The translations under genes and the position numbers were made by a program. A stretch of DNA of 64,000 nt from Octopus sinensis. Lineage: Eukaryota. Below are positions 53,530 through 64,000 of this stretch, piece by piece. The stretch covers positions 47,430,001-47,494,000 of the forward strand of contig NC_043000.1 of the NCBI RefSeq assembly GCF_006345805.1. The letters are read 5' to 3'. The notes beneath the pieces were generated by a model that saw only the letters and a list, made by a program, of their open reading frames with translations, had not been told where the DNA came from and ran no database searches. How positions within the stretch are numbered: position 1 is the stretch's first letter; each line of letters begins with the position of its first letter.

Positions 53530-53825
53530 TCATAATTTTTTGTAACTAAACACTTTCAAACTTCGGACACTGGCAGAATGGGTCATATAAGATATATTCT
53601 ACTCTTAGCATTTTTTAGAAAAACTTATACTTACGAAGTAATTTCACGTCAAAGTAGTCCTATTTCGGTAATTTCAACCAATCAATGACGTGTATTCAGC
53701 TGAATAAAATTACTGCCGTTGTTTGTCAACAAGAACTTCCAGTGGCGTATTTTTCAATTGTCACTGTTATTTATGACAACCCTAACGCTAAAACCCTAAC
53801 CCTAACCCTAAAACCTTAACCCTTT
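53530..53825 (+). repeat. Interspersed-type repeat ending in a degenerate (CCCTAA)n tract (53778-53823)
   Basis: aaccctaacgctaaaaccctaaccctaaccctaaaaccttaaccc seen directly; the element boundaries are inferred. Confidence 0.5.
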
Positions 53826-53933
53826 TCAAAAATATTAGTCAAATTCGTGAAGTTTACTCATATTAACCCACTGTCCTCGTTTGAGGATAGTTGAAATAAT
53901 GTTTTTCTTTTATTACATATTCAATTATATATG

Positions 53934-54087
53934 TTGTTGTATTTAGGAATGGTCATTTTGCCAGTTTAGCCGATAAAAACACACGCACATTGGTGTTACT
54001 TTGCTTCAGCGTTATTTATTTTTTACATTAATCTTCATCTTATTTTATTGGCTAAACTGGCAAAATGACCATTCCTAACTACAACAA
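53934..54087. repeat. Fold-back inverted repeat, 45-bp arms, 64-nt spacer
   Basis: 53934-53978 is the reverse complement of 54043-54087 with 2 mismatches. Confidence 0.95.
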
Positions 54088-55580
54088 TATCTGTTTCAAC
54101 ACACGATTTCACATCAAAAATCTTGCAAAACAAATATATAAACAATTATATATGTTTTAGCTGAAATAGGTTCATTTACTGTAATAAAGATTAATTGGAT
54201 GCTTCAGTACGTCTTGTATCCCTATTTATACAACTAAATTCAGAATTTCGACAGAAATCGCAAAGGAATCCGAATTTTTTAATTACCAGTTCAAGAAATG
54301 GGGTTGGGGTTTGAAGACGGTTTGGCTACAGGCATTTCAAAACTTAAAATTTATCGAAAACTTTAAAATTTGGCACAGTAATGTACTGTTCCAAGTTAAA
54401 TTACTGGAGTTGTTTCAGTTTTCCAAAAAAATGTTTTTAAAAAGTTATGGAGGTTTAAAGTTTGATAATTTTCTCCCAATCAGGAAACAGGATTTACAAG
54501 CTGTCATTTTCTGCGTGACAGCACGTCTTGTCAACTGTAAACAAGGCAAATAAAGTGGGAGGGGTGGAGGGAATTAAAATTTTAAAAAATATCTTTTTCT
54601 ATTTTGCTAAATCGTAACTTCCGATATCGAAAACATGAACTTGAAAAAAAAATACTGGTTCAAAAGTTATAGGGTGGGGTGGGGGAATTCCGAAGAAGTA
54701 CCGATAATTTATTTTAGTAGCATACTTTTTTGTCAGTAAATATGTTTTCTTACACACACACACACACATACGGCCTCGATAGTTTGGGCGGAGGTGGCGA
54801 TTTAAATTTCAAATTTTTTGTTGTTGCTTAGATCCCTTCAATGTATCACGCGTGTTACTTCCGTATACTCATTCTATAAAATGTGCTTATGGGAAGAAAG
54901 TTATGGAAAAACTTCAATACATGTGACAGTGACAAAAAAATGAGGATGTGCTAGAAACAACAGCCAAATTGCCCTTCAATCGCGAAACTTTTTGTTTGAA
55001 AATATTTACAATTTTTTTTTTATGGAAAAGGCTTCTCTCATGGTTTTTAAGTGTGTAGTGCAAAAAGAATATTGGCCAATATCGACCAGGAGGATGGGGC
55101 TGAGGGGAGAAAAAATCATGAATTTCAAAACAATTTTTCATAAAAAGTCCCCACCTCCACCAACACATCACCCCAAGGCCTGAGTGAAAAATACAATTCG
55201 AAATGTCCCTGTCAAAACGGAGAAAATTAGACTTGTATAGGTGTCCTAATCCAAAACTCCAACTCAAGAATTTCTTCTCCTTAAACACATGATGCGTAAA
55301 TACATTGATTTTCATTTGTTTTACCTACAAATTCAGACATCGAAAGTATATAGAGCAAAAGGGTTTAAATATTTAGCTTTAAAAATTATTGGTCGTTGTC
55401 AAGCCATTTCTTGTTTTGTTATCTCCGACATTAAAAAAAAATGATAATATAATTTGTGGAGGTGAATAATACTATTTATCTAGTTTATAGTTATATCATC
55501 CATAACGGGTGGGTCGCTTTAGTCTCCAGGCAATCGATATTTTTAGACCCAATCCGCCACTGTATATATGTATCTATATA

Positions 55581-56003
55581 TACTCTTTTACTCTTTTACT
55601 CTTTTACTTGTTTCAGTCATTTGACTGAGGCCATGCTGGAGCACCGCCTTTAATCGAGCAACTCGACCCCAGGACTTATTCTTTGTAACCCAGTACTTAT
55701 TCTATCGGTCTCTTTTTGCCGAACCGCTAAGTGACGGGGACATAAACACACCAGCATCGGTTGTCAAGCAATGCTAGGGGGACAAATACAGACACACAAA
55801 CACACACACAAACATATATATAAACATATATACATATATACGACGGGCTTCTTTCAGTTTCCGTCTACCAAATCCACTCACAAGGCTTTGGTCGGCCCGA
55901 GGCTATAGTAGAAGACACTTGCCCAAGGTGCCACGCAGTGGGACTGAATCCAGAACCATGTGGTTGGTAAACAAGCTACTTACCACACAGCCACTCCTGC
56001 GCC
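55581..56003 (-). mobile_element. SINE family 1, best-preserved full-length copy
   Basis: tRNA-like A/B-box head, internal (CA)/(TA) tract and (GAGTAAAA)n tail. Confidence 0.92.
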
Positions 56004-56284
56004 TATATATATCTTTTCATTTGTCTTGCTCGCTTACGTTCTGGCGTTTGCTAAAGTTTCTTGAGAACAATGCTTTCTTAGTGGTAAGACCATAGGGGGT
56101 CTACTTCTAGCATAATGGATGTCCACTTAGTGGTCAACCCCTCTTATACGTATGCATCTATATATATGTATCTTCTACTTATTGTTTTACACATTTCGAT
56201 GACTGGACTTTAGCCATGATGAAGCTCATCTATCACTGCCTTTAGTCAATCCTATTGACTTAAATACTTATTCCAGTAAGGCAA

Positions 56285-56505
56285 TGTGGGGATGACATAA
56301 GCCGGAAGGAAAGGGCTGTGACGTCAACGGTCAAAAGGCTTGACGGGAAGAAGAAGGGTGAGAGAGGAAGTGAGTGAAGGAAGACCAGGTTTGCCATCTA
56401 TTGCCTTCGGCGCACGCGACGAACAGACGTGAGGGAGTGAGTAGAGAGGGATGCTATGGTTAGGCCGTTTCTTATTTCCCCGCATTACAGTTCCCTCGTA
56501 CAACA
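56285..56505. mobile_element. Short solo LTR
   Basis: TGT...ACA termini, 221 bp, GC-richer than its flanks; 5-bp TSD GGCAA/GGTAA. Confidence 0.65.
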
Positions 56506-57450
56506 GGTAATAATTGTAGGTAATGAGACATGAACGGATACAATTATACACTCTGACTTCTGAAGTGTTTGGTTGTAGAAATCCACCCAGATTCTTATTT
56601 TAAAGGCATGCATATATTTTATCAACTCCATTTGCCAAACTGATAAGTTACACAACATAAAATGTATTGGTTTTTAAGCATTATGAGCATGAAGATAGAT
56701 ATGGAGATAAACAAATAAGCAAATAAATATACACACAAGAGGCATGTGGAATAATGATCGAAATTACTGTGCGTGAGTCCATAATCTTGATTTAATGGAA
56801 TTATATTAAGTGGATGTATAGATATGTTACTTTCTGGAGATCAACATGTATAGGTATTGATGTGTCTATCCTTAGGAAATAACTAGACTTAATTTAATTT
56901 TTGCTAAAATGTAAACTATTTTGTTGCAATTATATGAAAAAAGTTATGCATACTTAGCAATTCACACACATACATACACACATTCACTCACACACACTGA
57001 CATCACGAATATTTCATGAATACGTTATATGGGCATTAGCACAGCTTTACATAAAATGTTGATAAATACATCCAAATTCATACTAACACAATATTGTATA
57101 AAACATGTTTACTTAAATACGTTTTAATATAAAAGCAATATTACATTATCATAATGTTATATAAACATGCATTACATATTTAAACGTTAAATCGAGTTAT
57201 ATCGTAGCTGTGATAAAATTTTACTATAATTATTAGTTTCATGTTGTTGGATTGACAAGATTGGTAAAGTGAAGCATTAAATTTTTGGCAGGATTAAATT
57301 ATTAGTTCAAATCTCTTAGAGACATCATTCTGGATCACTAAGAGGAATACTTGTCTACTAATGGAGTCAATTTGATCAACTACCCTAACCCGAAAGTTTT
57401 AACTTTGCGCCTAGGTTAAAAATGATATTTATTCGTAGTACTGTTAGTCT

Positions 57451-58325
57451 GGTGGTCAGCTGGCAGAATAGTTAACATGCTGGGCAAAGTACTTAGCACC
57501 ATTTCATCTGTCTTTATGTTCTGAGTTCAAATTCCCCTGAGGTCAACTTTGCCTTTTATCATCATCGTTTTGCGATCGATGAAATAAGAACAAGTTCAAC
57601 ATTGAGGTCCATCTAATCGATTTGCTTCTTCACCTGAAATTGCCGGCCTTGTGTCAAAATTTGAAACCATTATTAGTAGTGTTAGTATAAACATGAATAT
57701 TATTGATGATAGTTTGGCAGCATCAAACAAAATTTCTTGTGGCATATGTTCCAAATATTTATGTTCTGATTTCAAATAATGCCACGGTCAACCCTGCTCT
57801 TCTTGTTTCAATGGTTGATAAAATAAGTAGCAGTCAAGTGCTAGAACCTATTTCATTGACTTAACCCCCTCCTCTAAATTTATGTTCTGCCATATTTATT
57901 GATTTCAAATTTTGCCACAAAGCCAGCAAGCTCACAATAGGGGCTTAAGTCGATTATGTCAATCCCAGTGCTCAACTTGTACTTGTTTTATCGCCCCTGA
58001 AAGGCATAGTCAACCTCGACGGAATTTGAATTCAAGATGTAAATACAGATGAAATGCCGCTAAGCATCTTGACTGGCAAACTAACGAATCTACCAATTCA
58101 CTGTCTTTTATTCTGCCATACTATTAAGAAGAATAGTGGACTGACATAGTAGTTATTGTCAGAAAAATGCTTTGCAGTATTTCTTCCAGCACTCTGAGTT
58201 CAAACCCTATTGTATTCAGCCCTACCTTCATTGCTCCAGAGTCAGTTTAATAACTTATGACCCTCAGCCCCACCTTCACCATCAAAAATTTATAGTCTTT
58301 TGCCTATATCAGGAACAATTATTAC
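57451..58325. mobile_element. Cluster of four SINE family 2 copies (57451+, about 57700+, 57895-, 58138+)
   Basis: Repeated gttctgagttcaaattcc..gaggtcaactttgcc in both orientations. Confidence 0.75.
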
Positions 58326-58697
58326 TAGTATTATTATTTTTTCCTTCTTTCTTCAAATTTTCTTTCGTTCCTCGCCGAGTGTTTTCCGTACACCTACGAC
58401 AGAGAAGCTCATTGTATGCATTCCCAGGTTACACACGCAAATTCACAGGTAAAGTATGTATTTTAAAAAAAATAATAAATAAATAAATTCATGAATGGAT
58501 GTTGATTTCACAGCGATAATGCTCTTCTCAGTACATGAGCCATTCCAGTTAACACGATTTTTTGCACTTCCTGTAGGGATGGTAAGCCTGGTATCATTTT
58601 CAAATAGGTTTCAGTACCTTTGTTTTATCATTCCTAGAGATCCTACAATCACTGGAACTGTAGTCGTCTTGAGACGCCACATTTTTTTCAATTTCTA
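58325..58697 (-). mobile_element. R4/Dong-clade LINE 3' end embedded in (TAA)n
   Basis: KMWRLKTTTVPVIVGSLGMIK/GTETYLKMIPGLPSLQEVQKIVLTGMAHVLRRALSL*; the 5' truncation abuts (ATT)n at 58697-58856. Confidence 0.85.
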
Positions 58698-58741
58698 ATT
58701 TATTATTATTATTATTATTATCATTATTATCATTATTATTA

Positions 58742-58856
<115 letters not shown>

Positions 58857-58857
58857 G

Positions 58858-59060
58858 AAGGTGTCGAGCTGGCAGAATTGTTAGCAACGTCAGACAAAAT
58901 ACTTAGCAGCATTTCGTCCGCCTGTACATTCTGAATTTAAATGCCACCGAGGTCAACTTAACTTTTCATCATTTTGGGGTCGATCAATTAAGTACCATTT
59001 GAGTACTGAGATCAAAATATCCGACTACACTCCCTCATCCAAACTTTCATGCTTTGTTGG
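58858..59060 (+). mobile_element. SINE family 2 copy
   Basis: ggtgtcgagctggcagaattgttagc..gaggtcaactt. Confidence 0.75.
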
Positions 59061-59375
59061 TACAGGAGAAAGGGAAATTGCTATTATTACAGTTGTCGAT
59101 ATTGTCACCATGTAGCTCCAGCCCCGTCTCAGTTGAAATATCCCTGATCATAGGTAAACTTGTTGTAATTATCCAGTCTTCTCATACGCAGTTTGATACA
59201 GAGTCGATTATTCATCATGATCCTTTTTAAAAACCGTCAGGTTTGTTTTCAGAGAGAATTAGCTACTATTTTCCCTTTCCTCATTCCTGGACCAAAATAG
59301 TAAGTGCCAGATAAGTAATAGGAGTCAAAATACTATAGCATCCCCAATGTTTGAGACCTTGTGCCTATATCAGAA

Positions 59376-59376
<1 letters not shown>

Positions 59377-59425
<49 letters not shown>

Positions 59426-59895
59426 GAGTGAGAGAGCAGTGCATACCATCAAAGTGACACTGGGGTAAAATATACGAAGCCCAGAATGACTACCTCTCTG
59501 ATAAGGGTACACCAGGCACATGCATCATAACCATATGTGCGCGACATGGTCATCTCATATCAAGATAAACAGTGCATGACCTTGCAGGTGGGGCCCACTT
59601 AGAATTTCCTTCTGGTCGAGTAGCCTATCCCGCTGAAAAGGTCCCTGAAAATGGGATATCTAAGGATGATGAATGAAACACCTATGCTTCCAGAAGTGAA
59701 TTATGCAAACCCCGAAAGAATTCCTCTCAAAACATGGCTATGATGCCCCCACTACTACTTTTGCTCGTGATCAGAGATGCGTATATCGTCAGCCACTAAA
59801 AGGGCATACTCGACTGGTTAAGGTCAAACAACTGACAAGTAAATCTGTGGTATTGAGCAGAATATTTCTTGCAGTCCATCTTTATACTAACATAA
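59377..59895 (-). mobile_element. Non-coding retroposon-like repeat with (TAA)n tail
   Basis: Complex sequence ending ..gcactgctctctcactcAATAATAAT on the minus strand; a SINE or LINE 3' UTR identity is inferred. Confidence 0.5.
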
Positions 59896-59981
59896 CACTT
59901 CCATCTAGTTAAGATGAGAAACCATGAGAGCAACTAACTGGTACTGCATCAGGGCATTTATTATTATCATTATTATTATTA

Positions 59982-60029
<48 letters not shown>

Positions 60030-60819
60030 TATTAGCGTGACAGGAAATATCTATTTTGCTGCTGTAGCATAGTTCAGTTGTGCTGTGGAAGACTGCAGTC
60101 AATCAGGGCTGGAGGCATATGAGCAAAACTGCAGTGATCTGTCTGAGCTAAAAATACTCACTACAGCAGTGAAGCGGCAGTTTCACGCTAGTTGCAGATT
60201 TGACGGCAGAGAAGCAACATCGCCTTCTTCGACATGTCACATTTTCTGTGTCCACCACCAGCTACACGCAACTCATTTGATGAATGTCAGCTTCCACTCT
60301 TCTTTATATAAACCTCTGTGTATATAGTAAATCATTCTATTTTTCTTGTCTCACATACGCATATATTTGTTTTCCCATTCATATGCAAGATTAAATCCTT
60401 GTTACCACTTGCTAGCACTCATTACACTACTGAATAAATGTCAATGTTTTTGTTACATAAACTGTCCTTCTGTATGTTCTTTATTCACGCATCACTGAAA
60501 ATGAATTCTTTCCATGAACTCTCTTAAAAAATGCTAACTACACACATTATGTTACCACCCAAACACGTTACACATAAGAGACATTCCTTCCAACATACAT
60601 TAGTGAGCCAAATGCTACACCCACTTCACAAACACTGAACAAAACTAAGAGAACTCCAAAACTGAAAATTAAACAAAAACTGAAACAGATTATTTCCAGC
60701 ACGTAGACTTTCTAATTACAGGAAATGGGGGAAAATAACTTTTCATCGAATAATGGAGAATTCTAAACAACACGTTCCACAACAATAACACTCACACCCA
60801 AACACACACATTTATACAT

Positions 60820-60887
<68 letters not shown>

Positions 60888-62974
60888 TGCATACATCGTC
60901 AAACAAAAGTGATTCAAATGCAGGCTCGATACCATCACTTGCAAGTGTACTTTTAAATGAAAGAATCTTTGAAATGTTTCCCTGAGAAAACAAAATCACA
61001 CATCATTTTATTACCGTTATAAGCTAACTCCCAGTAACGAACAGAAGGGAAAGTATCTTACTTGTACCATTTCCAAAGCTTACAATAGCTTTTCTTCGGC
61101 CCTTTAAAGAAGCAATTGCAGATAGACCTTGCAGGTACAAAAGTAAAAATCTCTTCAATAAGAGAAAAAGAGCATATGGTATCAAATACAGTGTTTTTAA
61201 AACCAAGGACGAGACGATAGCCTCAAACTTAGGTTTTACCAAGCAGCAGCTATAAACCGGTACTACGATATTTTGGAACAAGGAACACGAGGGTCACTGT
61301 GAAGGAATCGGTGACACTGTCGACTCTTGGACAGAAGTCACTTTCTTAGTAAAAGTCATTTAAAAGCTTCTGCTTAAAAGAGCTAAAAGAAAGCAGCAAC
61401 AACTGTAGTAAACAGCGAAAGACACAACTCTCAAGGCAGCACTAAGAGCAGCTCTTGAAACGTCGGAAAAGATTACCGTGACCTCATTTCCAGGGGTTAA
61501 TGAGAAAGAAGGGATAACCAGCAGTGACAGGGAGAAAGAGATGTAAGACAAGGATGGTAGACAGCAGCAATAACAACAGCGTTTTCATGAGGAAACTGAT
61601 TATAACGAAGCTCCCGTCACAAAACTATCCCACCATCCACTTGTAGAGGTGGAAACTAGTTGGATGCCGAGGGGGGATTGACAAAGATTTGCTGGTAATC
61701 AAAAAACAATAAAAGGCAAAACCCGCTCAAAAGTTTTTCAGAAAGCAATCAAGAAATGCAAGCAAAAGTCCGTCTATTGTCTAGAAGAACCCTGGATTCA
61801 TTGAAGTTGAGTTCATCTTCTATGAAATGAGTTTCATGAAGCAGGAAGAGGACTATATATCTACCTGAAACAAACGGAATTCTCAGCCTATAGCATATAA
61901 AATACCCATGAACTTACCAGGAGAGTTACTGGTAATACAGAATATTCCGAGTATGTGTGCTTCATGTTACAAGTTAAGCAACTGCAAGACATGGAATCTT
62001 ACTTGCCCACCTTCACTGAAGAATTCATCACAGAAGATTCCTGATTTACCAAGCGTAGGAAAACACATGAATGATATGGAGAGTTTGCGTAATTAGAGCT
62101 GTTGGAGTGCCCTCGGCAAAATAACTGAAGATTTCTCAACTATAAGTTCGTAATTGGGTTTCATTTATGAACTGAATGGTTGGTTATTTAATACTAGAAA
62201 CAATTATAAATTGAATTGTGTTTCACTTACCATGTGTTTTATTTATTCACACCACTTTTGATCCTGCCCGACTGAATCTCCTTCTCTCTCGGGCTCTCAT
62301 CTCCTTACCGAACTATTTCTTGGACTACTGCCACCTTTCAAAAACCACTTTACCACCACTCCACCTTCGATTACCACTGGAATTTCATACTTCTCGGATT
62401 CTACCTTCAATGGATCTTACCGTACGCTGTTGTTTTATTTATTCTCTTTTAACTATTGTGTATAACTATTAATATGCTTTTCCACGAATTTAAAATTTTC
62501 CCTCACGTTTATTATCCTAAATCTTTCACTACTTCGCTATAGTAGGATAAACCTGTTTGTCCTATGCCACACGTTTTATATATTCTCTAGGTCCACTATC
62601 GTATGTACTGTATCAATGAATTGTAAACAATTGCTCTCAATGGACCAATAAAAATAGTTCTTATTGTATTACGTTCTTTGATGTTATCCTTAATGTCTAG
62701 GGCCCTTATGGCCAACAAAAGAAATCACTATTATTTTCTTACTGATGTATACCATATATACCTCTCTTCTTTGTTAATATTGGATACCATGTATACTGAT
62801 TCCATTCTACATAAATCCCCACACTTTATGCCTGTCTTTGTATTGTCCCCCTCGTTCATGGTCCTGATGGCAAATAAATGAAATCATCATCATCATCATC
62901 ATCATCATTGTTATTATTATCCTTATCATTATCATTCTTCTTCTTCTTTTTCTTCTTTTTCTTCTTCTTCGTCT

Positions 62975-62988
62975 CATTATTATTATTA

Positions 62989-63039
<51 letters not shown>

Positions 63040-63100
63040 CATTATTATTATTATTATTATTGTTATTATTATTATTATCATTATTATTATTATTATTATT
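62975..63100 (+). repeat. (TAT)n microsatellite
   Basis: Seen directly; source of the poly-Y ORF. Confidence 0.95.
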
Positions 63101-63723
63101 GGTGTTGTAGCACAGTGCCTAATTTATAGCCATATATATTTTTTTTATCAAAATCTTAGCTGAGCCAGCTTTATATATAATCCTGTTGGGGGTGATAAAA
63201 TAACAATTACCTACATTAAAAAAGAGACAGAATCTAATAATTCCGACATTTCTGTCTTCAAAAGAAGAGAATCTATGTGCCATTGAAAAGAATTCTTATG
63301 TAAAGAAGATTGCAATAGTGCATGGTACAATATTGTAATTCATATTTGATTGCTATAGAAACACTCTTTAATATACTTATATGCAGCTATATATGTATGT
63401 GAGAGAGAGAGAGAGAAAGAGAGAGGAAACTGAGATTCTTAATACATTTAGATTGAGGACGCTGCATCTCTTCTTTCATCTTCCTTTCTTTCTCTCTCTC
63501 TCTCTCTCATCCTCTTTATGTGAGTGCACACAAACACACATACAGACAGACAGACACAGACACAGAACGCGCGCGCAAACACACACACACACATATATCT
63601 GCATGTGTTTCTGGACTGTCTGAGGAAGTGACCGGTCTTCATTATGAATAGGTGCACTTACATGATGCCCGGATGGATTACAACACCAGTGTGACACCGT
63701 TTATTACTGAAAACTGAAACATA

Positions 63724-63894
63724 GGTGTAGGAGTGGCTGTGTGGTAAGTAGCTTGCTTACCAACCGCATGGTTCCGGGTTCAGTCCCACTGCGTAGCACC
63801 TTGGGCAGGTGTCTTCTACTATAGCCTCGGGTCGACCAAAGCCTTGTGAGTGGATTTGGTAGACGGAAACTGAAAGAAGACCGTCGTATATATG

Positions 63895-63948
<54 letters not shown>

Positions 63949-64000
63949 TGTTTGTCGCTCCAGCATCGCTTGACAACCGATGCTGGTGTGTTTAGCTCCA
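63724..64000 (+). mobile_element. SINE family 1, young copy truncated by the window end
   Basis: Near identical to the reverse complement of 55760-56003. Confidence 0.92.

Noticed and set aside
58381-58581. Two phase-compatible plus-strand exons with a 65-nt intron
   Set aside because: The sequence is the antisense of the R4/Dong LINE C-terminus and 3' UTR, so the splice sites are probably coincidental.

Overview
AT-rich eukaryotic animal DNA, very dense in microsatellites. The SINE, LINE and mariner families and the (TA)n/(CA)n load suggest an octopus-type cephalopod genome; this is inference from recognised repeat families, not a database result. Most of the window is intronic or intergenic and filled with decayed mobile elements: at least four tRNA-headed or tailed SINE families, Tc1/mariner elements (DD34D mariner, DD37D maT, Tigger- and Tc2-like MITEs), RTE, CR1/L2 and R4/Dong LINE fragments, Helitron-like ends and a short solo LTR. 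The most distinctive component is a set of Penelope-like element (PLE) relics. It includes three ORF remnants (one near full length), many pseudo-LTR fragments in direct and inverted arrangement, an 864-bp non-coding unit with 449-bp terminal repeats, and several minimal hammerhead-ribozyme motifs. A few splice-site-bounded, stop-free segments on the minus strand (best: 50755-50958 and 17855-17933) suggest an unidentified long-intron protein-coding gene. Nearly all ORFs in the supplied track are microsatellite artefacts or transposon remnants. No rRNA, genuine tRNA gene or CRISPR array is supported.
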